Shown here in pieces: positions 12,379 through 26,401 of a DNA stretch of 64,000 bases. The first letter of the stretch is position 1. The number at the start of each line of letters is the position of its first letter. The DNA comes from the human T2T-CHM13v2.0 reference genome, Homo sapiens: assembly GCF_009914755.1 (NCBI RefSeq), contig NC_060942.1. One strand, 5' to 3'. The position numbers and the translations under genes were made by a program. The notes beneath the pieces are model-generated. The model did no database searches. It was given only the letters and a program-made list of their open reading frames with translations, and was not told where the DNA came from.

Positions 12379-14194
12379 ATGTATGCAGATTATTAAATGC
12401 TGCTAATAATTTTCCTTGTAGAAATTACAACATATGAAGATATTTACTATATTTATTACTTGTAATCCAACTATTTAAAAATATCTTTAAAGTGACATAA
12501 TAGAAAATGCAATAACATAATATAAATACAATAATGCTATTCAGGTAGAAATGAGGAAATTAGTGAAATATAAAAACTAGAGTAAATAAAATAATATAAG
12601 CTAATATAGTATCCACAATTAAGTATTCAATTTACCTGTGTGATTCCTGGCTATTTAGAGCCAAAATGGGAATCTAATATTCTTGTCTATATGTAATAAA
12701 AGAAAATATAAGCTTTTCTTTTTTTTTTAAAGAAATGTTCCTGCAACTAATTAATAATAATAAAGTAACCAATGGGCATATCCTATCGCATTAGTAGCGT
12801 AGTATCAGATACGCAGAATAAATGTACAGTTTCCCCTTAACAAAAAGATTTTTAAAAAAAGTTTGGTTCTCTTTCAGCATGTGACATCTGACATCTCAGA
12901 GGCTTGGAGGCCAGCTCAGTTCGAAATTCTATTGTGGGAATAAAGAGTTTGGGGTGCCTCTGTCTTTAAGCTTTTGAAAATGACAGCATGCCTACGAAAA
13001 CAAAAGCAAAACAAAGCAAACAGGGAACTGCCTATAGTTCTAGTGAATATTTGCTCTTTAGGAAATACTCCAGGTTGAAAGTTTGTTTTCTTCTTAGTAA
13101 ATTGGACCCTCTTTTTTAAAAAAAAGTTAATTGATCACCATACATACAAGGGAACTCTGACCCTGCTAACCTCAAATGTGAGGTTTAATCTGAAATTAAA
13201 ATGAATTCACTGTGGTTAATAGAATAACTGTATCTCCCTAGCATGGTCTTTCTAGAAGTGCGCAGTGTGCTCCGATCATTTGCCACAGTGTAAGCTACAT
13301 TCGCCCAGTCATTCTAAGACCATCTACTAAAAGTCTCTTGAACAGTGAAGCACGTACAGGAGCTCAGCGGAGCCCAGAGGGAAACTGTACCTGTTTAGGG
13401 GCACTGTTAAAAGAGAGAATACTGTTGCTTCAAGTCTTAGTGAAATAATTTTTCTAATCAGGAAATTCAATATTACTCTTCTGGAGATGAATCAGATTTT
13501 TGAAGACCAAAAAGACATTGCTCTGCTAGTCCAGTTAGCGACTTTCTCAAAAAAAAAAAAAAAAAATCAAAAGGCAGACTTGCTTCCATTTGATGCTAAA
13601 GTCAGGCTACTCTGACTGCCCTGGATCACTGTTTCCAGCATGCAAATAGAAGGTCAGAAGCTTCTGTCATGCACGAAGTGGTGTAGATCTGGGGAATCAG
13701 GATGTAATCAATTTGGCTTAAGCCTTTTGTATTTTCTCATTGACTAGTGAAGATACCATCTTCTCTGTTAAAAGTGCATGATTAAATTTCTTAGCTACCT
13801 CTGGTCAAATGGAAAGTAACTCTGCATTTTCTTTTGTCTATTGGAGATTATAAAATATCTAGAACTGATTTATCCTATTCCTCTCTATCCTTTCTATCTG
13901 ATTTCATCACTGTACATTGATGAAGAAACAAGATTTATAGAACACGTCCACTACACACTCACCACTGTCAATGTTGCAGAAAACAATGCTACAAATATCT
14001 GTCTGCAGAAAGAAAAAAAAAATCAAACTTCAGAACCATTTCTAGTTGTAGAGCTATTAGGAGTGGAAAAAACAAACATTCTTTGTTCTTCTCACCTTTC
14101 ATTCTGTTTTGTTCTTAATATGGCAGCATAGGCTTTTAGTAATGAGCTGCCCTATCGAGCGTGCCCTTCAGATTATCACGGAGGCACTTTGACA

Positions 14195-14380
14195 GGAAGA
14201 AAGGTTTGATTCTGTTACTTACTAGCTGTGTGGCCACAGAAAATTCCCTTGATCTTCTCTCAGTCTCCTCACATCTAAATAGGAATAGTGATCTACACTT
14301 TAAAGTTTTGCTGTGTTAAATAAGATAATGTGTGTAAAATGTCCAGTATCTCTAGCAAGCCTCCAAAATATAATAGGTCC
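14195..14380 (+). mobile_element. MIR
   Basis: 'tctgttacttactagctgtgtggcc...tcagtctcctcacatctaaataggaatag...taaataagataatgtgtgtaaa'. Confidence 0.7.
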
Positions 14381-15044
14381 CCCCAGTTGCTTTTTCATGC
14401 CATAAAATTAATCAAGTAAACATAACATTATAAGGATACCCCCCACCCCAACCCAGTATGGTCCTCTGTTTTGAGGTCTCCAAGAGTAAAAAATGACTGA
14501 AAATGGTGATTTTTCTCTGAGAAATGGCACTGGGGGTAGGAGGGTGTGGTTATAGGGAGATGGTATTTGCTTTGTCTTATATTCCAATTTTCTACAGTGA
14601 GAATACAGGTAGGTATCATTTGTGTATAAAAATATTCAATAATATTAGTGTAATCACAAAAATATATGTATAAATATCATGCCAAAATAATCAATACATT
14701 ATAAAGGTCATGCGCTGCTATTTATTCCTATTTGTTAAAAGGTAAGCAGCTGGGAATGCACTGGTCAAACATACAAGTGTTTCTTTGACTAGTGATTTTC
14801 CTTATTGTGCTTTGCAAAATTATATTACATAATAAATCTTGGAAGGTGTTATATGCATGTATAATTACTGTTCCTTTGTCACTAAAAAGAAATAGATAAA
14901 ATAATTTTGGAGTTATGTAATGTTATATATATTTCAATGACATTATTAATTAAAATATCATTTCTGATGCTAAGCCTGTTAGAATAATGTTTAAATGAAA
15001 TAAGTATATGAAACCATAAAATATTAACCTTTTAAATATTGACT

Positions 15045-17665
15045 CTTATTTTTGATTGTGGTAAACGTAAAATTTGTCATACTAACCATTTTTGAGTATA
15101 GAATTTAGTGGCATTAAATATATTTGCCATGTAAACCACTATTGTTTCTAAAGCCTATTTATTTCTAAAGCATTTCATCATTCCAAGTGGAAATGCTATA
15201 ATCATTAAGCAATAACTCCCTATTTGCCATTTTTTCAGTCCCAATAGTCTCTTATCTTTCTGTCTCTACAAAATTCAGCATCATACAATAGTTTTCCCAT
15301 TGTATATGATTTATTTCCCTTAGCATGATGTTTTCAAGTTTCATCCATGTTGTAACATGTAACAGACTCTATACTTTTTACACCTGAATAGTATTCCATT
15401 GTACGTATACATCACATTTTGCTGACTCATTCATCCATTGATAAAAAACTTAGATTGTTTCCACCTTTGGCCTATTGTGAATACTGCTGCAATGAACCTT
15501 GGCATACAAATGTTTAAGTCCCTGTTTTTAATTCTTTTGGGTATATACCTAGGAGTAGAATTAGTGGGTCACACAGTATTTCTATATTTAGCTTTCCAAA
15601 AAACTGCCAAACTGCTTTCCACAGCAGTTTGAATAATTTTATATTCCAACCCACAATGTACAAGTGTTCCAATGTATCCACATTCTTGCCAATACTTGCA
15701 ATTTTCTGATATTTTGATTGTAGTTATTCTAGCAGGTGTAGAATGGTATTTCATGTGACTTTGACTTGTTTACATTTCCTGAATGTCTGATAATGTTGAA
15801 CATTTTTTCAAGTGTTTAGTGTCCGTTTGCATATCTTTGGAGAAATTTCTATTCTGGTCATTTGCCCAGTTTTTGACGGGATTCTTTTTTGTTGAGCTGT
15901 AGGAGTACTTCACATATTCTTGATACTAGACCATTCTCAGATATACGGTTAGCAAATATTTTTCCAATTTGGCAGGTTGTCTTTTCATTTTCTTGATAAT
16001 ATTCTTTGATGCACAAAAAATTTTATTTTAAAAATTAAATTAAATTGATCTCATTTATCTATTTTTCTTTTGCTGCTCATGCTTTTGATATCATATCTAA
16101 GAGTCTATTTCCAAGTCATGGGTAATTAAGACTCATGCTTACTGTTTTCTTCTAAGAGTTATATGATTTTATTTCTTACTTTTAAGCTGTTAATCCATTT
16201 TGAGTTGATTTTTGAGGTAGGGATCCAACTTCTTTCTTTTGCATGTGGAAACTTAGTTATTCTGGTAGAATCTGTTGGAGTCTATTCCCATTAAATGGAT
16301 TTCATTCCTTATAAAAAATCAATTGGTATAGATATGAGTTTATTTCTATACTTCCAATTCTATTACATTAGCTCATATGGATATTCTTATATGAGTACCA
16401 CACTGTTTTGATTGTGTGGTTTGCAGTAAGTTTTGAAATTAGGAAGTTTGAGTTCTCCAACTTTGCTCTTCTTTCAGAAGTTTGTTTTGGCTATTTGGGG
16501 CTTCTTGCAATTACACATGAATTTGAAGATTGGCTTTTTCTGCAAAACAAAGGTGTCAAAATTTTGGTAAGGATTTGGTTGAGCCTGTAGATGACTATTC
16601 CCACTTTTCTGATTTTTTTTATCATGAAATTGTGTTTGATTTTTGTCAAAAGTTTTCTCTGCATCAATTGAGATGATCATGAGGTTTTTTTCCCCTTTTT
16701 CTAGTGATGTAATTTCGTATTTGAACCACTCTTGCATTTCTGTGATAAATCCAAAGTTGGTCAATATGTTTAATCCTTTTGGTATGCCACTGGCTTCATT
16801 TTTGAGGAATTTTGCATCTATATTCATAAGCAATATTAGTGTAAAATATTGGTTTATAATTTTTGTTTTTTATGATGTCTTTATGTGGATTTGGTATCAA
16901 GAAAATGTTGGTCTGTAGAATGAGTTTGAAAGTGTTTACTCTTCTATTTTTTGAAAATGTTTAACAAGCATTGGGTTAATTCCTCTTTAAATGTTTGATA
17001 GAATTCACCAGGGATACCATCTGGTCCTGGACTTCTCTTGTTGGGAGGTTTTTGATTAGTGATTCCATGTCTTTACTGTTATAAGTCTACTGAGATTTTC
17101 TATTCTTGAGTTAGTTAAAATGATTTGTATGTTTCTAGAAATTTGTCATTTATTTTTTATCTAATTTATTGGTAAACAATTGTTCTTCATATTGTCTTTT
17201 AATCTCCATTATTTCTGTAAGATCTATAGTAATTACTACACTAGGGGTGTCCCATCTTTTGGCTTCCCTGTGCCACATTGAAAGAAGAAGAATTGTCTTG
17301 TGCTACGTATAAAATACAATAAAACTAACAATGGCTAATGAGGTAAAAAAAAAAACACAAAAAAACTCATAATGTTTTAAGAACCTTTATGAATTTGTGT
17401 TGGGCCCCATTCAATGCCGTCCTGAACTGCATGTGGCCTGCAGGCTGAGGGTTGTACAAACTTAGTCTACGCTTTCATTACTAACTGTATTTATTTGCAT
17501 TTTCTCTCTTTCTTTGTTAGTCTAACTAAAAGTTTGTGTCAATTTTGTTGATGTTTTCAAAGAATTAACAGTCGGTGTCGTTGATTCTCTTTATTGCATT
17601 TCTATATTTCTAGTATTTATTTATCTCCACTTTAATATTTATAATTTATGTTCTTTTGCCAACTT
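15045..17665 (-). mobile_element. L1MB-like element (3'UTR and ORF2 with internal deletions), interrupted by MER30
   Basis: Antisense L1MB 3' end ('aaaatttgtcatactaaccatttttgagt'). ORF 16474-16833 gives ORF2 RT-like peptides (LMNIDAKFL, MIISIDAEKTFDK). Confidence 0.88.
17242..17464 (+). mobile_element. MER30 (hAT-Charlie MITE)
   Basis: 'aggggtgtcccatcttttggcttccctg...gaagaagaattgtcttg...gggttgtacaaactt'. Degenerate 8-bp TSD tactacac/gtctacgc. Confidence 0.9.
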
Positions 17666-17699
17666 TGTTTTTTCAAATTTTTAAAAAAATACTTATGGT

Positions 17700-18545
17700 T
17701 AACTATTATGTACAACAAAATGGTGGAATATATTTATTGGGTACATATAATGTTTTGATACAGACATACAATGTATAATGATGACATCGGGGTAATTGGG
17801 TTCTATCACCTGAAATCTTTATTATTTCTTTGTGTTAGGCACATTCCAATTCTAATCGTTTAGGTACTTCTAAATATACAATAAATTATTATTAAGTATA
17901 CTCTACTGTGGTACAGAATACTGGTGCTTATTTATTTTATCTAATGGTATTTTTGTACCCATTAACCATTCCCACTTTATTGCTCCACCCTGCTACCCTT
18001 CTCGGTCTTTGTCAACTGTCATTCTACTCTCTATCTCCATAAGTTTGTTTTTTAGCTCCTACAGAGGAGTGAGAACATGTAACATTTGTCTTTCTGTGAC
18101 TGATTTATTTCACTTAATATCCTCCAGTTCCATCCATGTTGTTGCAAATGACAGAATTTCATTCTTTTATGGCTGAATAATATTTCATTGTGTATACGTG
18201 TCACATTTTCTTTATCCATTTTCATTGATGGACATTTAGGTGGCTTCTATGTATTGACAATTGTGAATAGTGGTGCAACAAATATAGGATTACATATATC
18301 TTTTAGATATACAGATTTCCTTTTTGGGGATATATAGCCAGTGGTGGAATTGTTGGATCATACAGTAGCTCTTTTTAGTTTTTTGAGGAACCTTCAAACT
18401 GTTCCTCAAAACATAGTGATTGTACCAATTTACATTCCCACCAACAGTGTATAAGCATTCCCTTTTCTCCACATTTTTGCCAGCATTTCTTATTTCCTGT
18501 CTTTTGGATAAAAGCATTTTAACTGCGGTGAGATGATATCAAATT
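17700..18545 (-). mobile_element. L1MA-like (L1MA2-4) 3' fragment
   Basis: Antisense 3'UTR 'tttttgtacccattaaccattccc'. ORF 18290-18517 resembles the ORF2 C-terminus ([21 protein letters not shown]). Confidence 0.85.
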
Positions 18546-18554
18546 AACTTTTAA

Positions 18555-18850
18555 CTCCTGAATGAGTATTTATTTCAATAATTATACTATTCAGCTCTAG
18601 AATTTCCATTTACTTATTTTTAAAAAAGAATTTCTTTGTTTTCATTGATAGTCTCATTTTGTTCATAAATCTTTTTCCTATTTTCTTTGATTCATTGTCC
18701 ATGTTTCTCTTTAGCTGTTCGAGCATATTTAAGACAGTTGTTTCAAAGTCTTCTGATAATTCTGATATCTGAGCTTTCTCATGAATGATTTTGGTAAATT
18801 TATTTTTTTAATGAGTAATATGTTTCTGTTTCCTGTATGCCTTTGTATGA
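18555..18850 (-). mobile_element. Old L1 5'/ORF1-region fragment
   Basis: 'tattcagctctagaatttcca...gagcatatttaagacagttgtttcaaagtctt' is typical of the antisense L1M ORF1 region. Confidence 0.55.
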
Positions 18851-18851
18851 T

Positions 18852-19145
18852 ACTGAGGGAAGGAAGCTAGACAACAAAGAATCCATAGTGTATGATTCTT
18901 TTTACTTAAATTTATATAAAGGCAAACTAATCTATAGTGATAAGAAGCAGATTAGTGGTTGGCTGCAGATGGGTTTATAGGGATAAATGGATTATAAATG
19001 GCTACAAACTATGAGATATAATGGAAATGCTTGTTTTCTTTATTGTGGCTATTGTTTCATAATGTATCTATATCCAATACTGACCAAGTGCTACACACCT
19101 AAAGTGCAGTTTATTGTACTCCAATCATACATCAATAAAGTTGAG
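18852..19145 (+). mobile_element. L1MC/L1ME 3' end
   Basis: 'aggcaaactaatctatagtgataagaagcagattagtggttg...gtgcagtttattgtactccaatcatacatcaataaag'. Confidence 0.7.
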
Positions 19146-19259
19146 CAAATAAGATTTGTCAAAAACCCACTTGCAAGTATGTATAAAATGTATAAAAATT
19201 AAATTTAAGCATTAGATATTTGAAAGTAACCTGTTAAAAGAAAATGTTATAAATATATA

Positions 19260-19346
19260 TGCTTTGGGAAAAAATACGTGTGTGTGTGTGTGTGTGTGTG
19301 TGTGTACACACACATTATACATACACACATATTTTTTCCCAAAGCA
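19260..19346. repeat. Spacerless inverted repeat containing a (GT)14 microsatellite
   Basis: tgctttgggaaaaaata (19260-19276) is the exact reverse complement of tattttttcccaaagca (19330-19346). Centre is GT|AC at 19305/19306. Confidence 0.95.
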
Positions 19347-19476
19347 AAAATAACCACTTTGAGTAAGATTTGAGTAAGTTGAGACATATGGAACTTGTAG
19401 GATTTATTACAGAACCTCAGCTAAGCTAGATTTTAAAATTTTTATGGGGAGATGTAGTGTGTGATATAAGGGTACC

Positions 19477-19875
19477 TGTATTAGTTGGCCTGGGCTGCCA
19501 TAACAAAATACCACAGACTGAGTGACTTGAGCAATAGAAATTTTTTTTTTACAATGTTGGTGACTGGAAGTCCAAGATCAGAGTTTCAGCTGAATTGGTT
19601 TCTGGTGAAGCCTCTTTCCCTGGCTTGCAGATGGCATTTTCTTCTTGTGTCTTCACATGATGTGTACATGCACACGTGCACAGAGAGAAGGAGACTGCTC
19701 TCATGTCTTTTCTGCTTCTTAAGGACACCAGTCCTATTAGATTAGATCTCCACCTTTATAACCTTGTTTATTCTTAATTACCTCCTAAAAGGGCCTGTCT
19801 CTAAGTATAGTGACATTGAGGGTGAAGACTTCAACATATGAATATTGAGGGAACACAAGTCAATCTATTATAGCA
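19477..19875 (-). mobile_element. MLT1A0-like solo LTR (MaLR)
   Basis: 'tgtattagtt...gggctgccataacaaaataccacagactg...ggaagtccaagatca...taaggacaccagtcctatt...tatagca'. Confidence 0.85.
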
Positions 19876-20275
19876 AATAATAAGAAAATGTGAAAAAATA
19901 TTTGACCAGACTGATTTTTCTTACCTACTTTGTTAGAACTATATCAACATAAATATCAAAATTAAAGGCACTGTTCTATTTTAACAATAATGTATGAAAT
20001 AGGTACTCGTAATGATTACTCTGCTTTTGACTATAGCCAACCTTGTCTCTTTCCTGATTCTTATCTTTCACCTCTCCCTTCTGAGACACTTAGAGATACT
20101 ACTGAGCCAATACCACCCCAGGCTCTCTCATTTGTGCACTAGTAGATTTGGAAGAGATTACTAGCATTCATTGTGTTCAATTCTTCTGTCTTTGTTGGGC
20201 ACATGGAGAGACTTTCTGTCTCCTTTGAAGTTAACTTGGGATTGATGGGCTGAAAGTGGAAGCTATGTGTGTCAC

Positions 20276-21077
20276 TGTAATAAGTTGAATAGTGTCCCCT
20301 GAAGCTATGTCCAAGTCCTCGTTGTTGTATCTATGAGTGTGACCTCATTTTAAAATAAGGCCTATGTAGATATAATTAAGTTAGGGATTTCAGGATGAGA
20401 TCATCCTGGATGATGTACATATATATGTGTGTGTATATATGGTCATATATAATATAACATATAACATAATATAATGTATAATATAAATGTTTGCCCCAGC
20501 AATCCCGTTACTGGGTACATACCCAAATGACTATAAATCATTGTATTATAAAGATACATGCATATGTATGTTCATTGCAGCCCTATTTACAATAGTGAAG
20601 TAATGGAATCAACATAAATGCCTATCAATGATGGAATGGATAAAGAAAATGTGGTACATATACACCATGGAATACTATGCAGCCATAAAAGGAACAATAT
20701 CATTTTTTTTTTGCAGGGACATGGATGGAGTTGGAAGCCATCATCCTCAGCAAACTAACACGTGAACAGAAAACCAAATACCACATGTTCTCACTTATAA
20801 GTGAGGGCTGAAGGATGAGAACACATCGACATATGCAGGGGGAAACACATACTGGGCACCTCTGGAGGGGGGTGATTGGAGGAGGGAGATCAATAGGAAC
20901 GATAGCTAATGGAAGCTGGGATGATCTGTGCAGTAAATGCATAGCACACATTTACCGATGTAACAAACCTGCCCATCCTGCGCATGTACCCCTGAACTTA
21001 AAATAAAAGTTGAAAAAAAGCTATTATATAGAAATATATACAAATATATATACACACACATATATATACATATATAT

Positions 21078-21112
<35 letters not shown>

Positions 21113-21409
21113 ATGAAAGGGATTTGAGATACAGACAGAGGTGGAGGGCCATGTGAAGACAGAAGCTGACTTTGGAGTTATTCAGTTACAAGTAAAGAAA
21201 GCCAAGGATTATTGGCAAACCATGAGAGGCTAAGAGGCTAAAAGAAAGATACAGACCTAATTTCCCATCAAACCGTCCAGAAAGAACCAATTCTGTCAAC
21301 ACCTTGCTTTTATACTTCTAATAATCCAAACTGTGAGAGTATACCTTTCTGTTGTATTAAGCCACCAAGTTGGTGGTAATTTGTTCTGGCAGTCAGAGGA
21401 AACAAATAT
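20276..21409 (+). mobile_element. MLT1C-like LTR, split by an L1 and TA-rich repeats
   Basis: 5' part 'tgtaataagttgaatagtgtcccc...gatgagatcatcctggat'. 3' part 'ggccatgtgaagacaga...taagccaccaagttggtggtaatttgtt...ggaaacaaata'. Confidence 0.8.
20494..21019 (+). mobile_element. 5'-truncated L1PA15/16-like 3' end
   Basis: 'cccagcaatcccgttactgggta...gtaacaaacctgcccatcctgcgcatgtacccctgaacttaaaataaaagttgaaaaaaa'. Confidence 0.9.
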
Positions 21410-21435
21410 CTAGTTCTTTATATATTAAAAACTGG

Positions 21436-21699
21436 GAATGGGCACAGTGGCTCATATCTGTAATCCCAGCACTTTTGGAGGCCAAGGCAAGAGGATCACT
21501 TGAGCCCAGGAATTCAAGGCCAGCCTGGACAACATAGTGACACCCTGTCTTGACAAAAAAATTAAAAATTAGCTGGGTGTGGTGGCACACGCCTGTGGTC
21601 CCAGCTACTTGGGAGGCTGAAGTGGGGGGATCACTGGGATCTGGGAGTTTGAGGCTGTAGCCTGGTGACAGAGTAAGACCTTGTCTCAAAAAAAAACAC
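21436..21699 (+). mobile_element. AluJ with a ~30-bp deletion in the right arm
   Basis: 'ggatcacttgagcccagga' (J-type). Right arm jumps from 'gaggctgtag' to 'cctggtgacagag'. TSD-like taaaaactgg / taaataactgg. Confidence 0.9.
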
Positions 21700-22852
21700 T
21701 AAATAACTGGTGTGATGACTCAGTTCTCTTTTCCTTGGTCACAAAGACCATATTTAGAGAATGTGCATCTTTAACATTACGAAGCCTCCATCAACCTTGG
21801 TCCCAGACTGGGGAGAGAGAAACCATCCATCAATACATTTTGACAGTCCTATGCGTGTGAAATAAATGCTTGTTTTGTCAAGTCACTACAATTTTGGAGA
21901 TATTTGATATCGCAGCATAGACTATTAATACCCTGACTAATACATAAGTAAAGAGAGGCTAAGGGATACAGTCAGAAACATTACTGTGTATTTCATTTTG
22001 GGTTCAAAATTAATTGTTTTTTGTAGGTCATATCATCTTAAGGTGACATCCGACTTTCATACTCAGGAAATAAACCTTTCATTAAATGTATGGGATTGGA
22101 GAGAGAGGAAGTAGTCAATAACAGAATGCTGAAGAAAGGGGTTGAATACCAACTCACAGATTCTTTTAATATTTTTGATAAAATATAGAATTTTCTATAA
22201 ACTGGACATGGCTGGAGAAAAATGGATGTTCAGTAGTATTGTTTCTCATTTGGTTTTTATTAAAATCATCTAGAGACATGAGGAAAAACCTGGCTTTTCC
22301 CCATAGCTGACTAGAGTGAAAACTTTGTTGCAGGGGACATTTTTGCAGTTCAATTCATATATGAGACATGAATATGGTAAGGAAAGGATGTTTCAACAGT
22401 GCTCATTATAAGTAGGGCTTGAATGAAAAAATAATTTCTTTCTAACTCTATTCAGGTTGTTGGATCAATTCAATTAGACTTCTTGGTTAATCCCTGTCCC
22501 TTTATTTCATCATATTTTAAAAATTTTATCTACATTTTAAATTTTTTCTTGAGTTGGCAAACAAAGATCAACTGGAACTTACATCAAAGATAAACATTTT
22601 TCATTGAAATGAAATGCTCCCATATATACTCAAATTCATATTCCTATCTTTACCTCTATCCCATAAAATGAGGGAAAAATTGTGTTATATTTTCTAGAAA
22701 ATAGGTTTTTGTAATTTCTTTATCCAATATATTTTATGATATACTTGAGGTATACTGCCTCTTTCAGTGGGGGAATAATATATTCTGCTCTGCAGAAATT
22801 AATAAGAGTTTCTTATAATTGTATTTTATATAATAATGCTCTTTTCATTCTT

Positions 22853-22926
22853 TAATTTATAAATTATAATTATATAATTTATAATTAATTATAAATAAAT
22901 AATTTATAATTAATTATAATTAATTT
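22853..22926. repeat. A/T-only low-complexity tract with local palindromes
   Basis: About 70 nt of (TAAT/TATA)-type sequence. Confidence 0.8.
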
Positions 22927-22934
22927 AGGAACAA

Positions 22935-23770
22935 GTCGTGTTTCTAGCTGATAAGTGTATAAGACAAGACAGATGGAGTTCTGTTTACTTATGAAAATCA
23001 TTTTATATTGTTGGAGATAAAAACCCAGATAATATACTATAATATACTATACTATAATATAATATAATACATATTCTGTAAAAAATAAAGCAGGGAAGAG
23101 TGGGGGTATCTATTTTAGATAGATGGATCAAAGGTGTTGTGAGGAAGTGACGTTTGCACAGAGACCTGAGTGGAGTCGTAGAGTAGAGTGAGAAAGGGTC
23201 TGGACAAACACTACATCAGGGAAAGGAAAGCATCTCAGGCAATGTGAAAAGGCCCTGCACTGTGCTGATTACATAGCAGACACAGCCAATAGGCCAGGGT
23301 GTCTGGGACAGAGAGAACAAGGAAGAGGCAATACCTCTATGATATGGGGATGTACCCAGTAGCCAGACCATGGTGGGCCTGAGAAGCCACAATAAAAAAG
23401 TTTAGGCTTTATTCTAGATGTAGTAGAAGACCACTGGGGGACATGGGGGTGTTGACCAGCGACAGACAATATATTTTGTGTTTTAAATGGATAATTTGAC
23501 TATTAGACTGAGTATAAAATGTAGTGAAATACCAAAGGAGACAAAAAAAACAAAAGCCTTCTGCAGTTCTGAAGAGAAGTGGCCTTGGTGGCTTGGATTA
23601 GTGTGATTAATGGTGGAAGTAAAAAGAAGGGGTTAGATTTCAGACATACCTGGAAGTAGAGTCAGTTAGTCATTTATTTCTCTAGCTTTATTCCCAGCCA
23701 TCTTGCTGATGTTGAGTGTGAGAGAAAATGTAAGTCAGGGCAATTGGGGAAATGGTGGCACTGATTCCTA
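22935..23770 (-). mobile_element. L2 LINE fragment
   Basis: Antisense L2 motifs 'gaggaagtgacgtttgcacagagacctga', 'tttaggctttattctagatgtagtagaagaccactgg', 'ggccttggtggcttggattag'. Confidence 0.75.
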
Positions 23771-23919
23771 CATGGATAATTAAGGTTTATTGTTGATGAT
23801 CTGACTTCTAGAAAGGACATCATCATTTGGCATTGTGTTTTCTATAAAAAAATTGTATGGCAAACTTTTTCTTTTGCATTTCTTTCTTGAAAACCTCCTC
23901 CCTTAAAGGATACATAATA

Positions 23920-23999
23920 TGTATCCATCCATCTATATACCCATCTATCTATATCTTTCTGTTTATCATCTATACATCTATCCATCTGTCCATTCTTCC
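23920..23999. repeat. Degenerate (TCCA/TCTA)n
   Basis: atccatccatctatatacccatctatctat... Confidence 0.7.
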
Positions 24000-24741
24000 A
24001 ACACTGTTACAGAGTTGTGTATTAAAAAAAAATCGACAGAAAACAAAACAAAACATTAAAAAACTTCCCTGTGAGGGGGTAAGGAATGCTGAACCCCATC
24101 CCAAACTATGTGCCAAGCTGTGAGCTAGAATCCACTAGGAGGACCACGGTCTTGTTCTTTGCACAATGGTACCACCTATTTAATTTTCATCTTTAGAACC
24201 TGGGAAAATAAGAGTCCAAGAAGAAAAACCTTTAAAGAGAAAGATACAGAGTTACCATTTTTTTTTACCTTTTGTAATTTACAAAAAAAAATTTGTGGTA
24301 ATAAAGGATAGTATCAACCTGATTTTATGCCTTGGTATTTTGTGTCCAAAACAGCATTATCTGTATTAGGGTTTTTACTAATTTACTAAACATATATATA
24401 TTTTTTATTTTTAATTCTTTATTTGTATGTACTTTTTGAGGGAAGTGGTCATTCTGCCCACGTTTCAATAAAAGACATTTCCCCTTCTCTGTCATGTTTA
24501 TTGATCCAACAACCTAATACAAGATCAGAATACATGCAGGATTAGAATTTGGACTCTATCTTCTTGGAACCTAATTCCAGGAATGAATCTTAGGAACAGA
24601 AGGCATAGTTGGACAAGAGCCCATTAAAGCCACAGCAATGCGAAAGCCAAAATGCCATCCAAAGAATATGGCACAGGCTCTCTAATTATGAAGTATTGGT
24701 CCTTACAACATGGGAGATATTACATCCATTGAGAAAGCTTT

Positions 24742-25800
<1,059 letters not shown>

Positions 25801-26035
25801 TTATATTTTGTGAATGTGAAGCTTCATTGTTACCTAAAGATGTATGCTTCTTTTGAATATTTTCCATGAATTCAAAAATCATGTTGAATAATCTAAAATG
25901 ATCATCTCTGTAAAGGCACTATCCAGGATTTTAAGTGAAAACTCTGTGTTTGATTAACTATTTTTAATTAAATGGAAAACTCTCATATTCACATCATTAA
26001 AGGGGTAATATAGACTGTGCTGCCTTCTAAATGAC

Positions 26036-26401
26036 TATCTTAGTCAGCTCGGGCTGCCATAACAAATGACCATAGACTGGTGGCTTCAACAACAGATATT
26101 TATTTCTTACAGTTCTGGATAAGGGAAGTCTCAGATCAGTGTACCAGCATGGCTGGGTTCTTGGTGAGGGCCCTTTTCTGGGTTGTAGACTATTGACTTC
26201 TCATTATATTCTCACATGGCAGACAGAAAGTGAGGTTTAGTGTCTTTCTCTTCTTTTACGGACACAAACCTAATCATGGTGACCCACCCACATGACCTCA
26301 TTTAGCACTAATCACCTCCCCAAGGCCCCACCTCCATATACTATCACATTGAGTATTAGGAATTTTGAATTTTGGGGAGACCCAAATTCAGTCCATTAAC
26401 A
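26036..26401 (-). mobile_element. MLT1A/MSTD-like solo LTR
   Basis: 'tcttagtcagctcgggctgccataacaaa...ccccaaggccccacctcc...aattcagtccattaaca'. TSD atgac/acggc. Confidence 0.85.

Larger units (their letters stand above)
20150..21944 (+). mobile_element. Old MLT1H/I/J-type LTR, split by later insertions (pieces ~20150-20275 and ~21710-21944)
   Basis: 5' piece ends 'ggaagctatgtgtgtcac'. 3' piece 'gaaataaatgcttgttttgtcaagtcact...gcagcatagac...cctgactaataca'. Confidence 0.55.

Noticed and set aside
16474-16833. 119-aa ORF with reverse-transcriptase-like peptides
   Set aside because: It is a decayed, internally deleted L1 ORF2.
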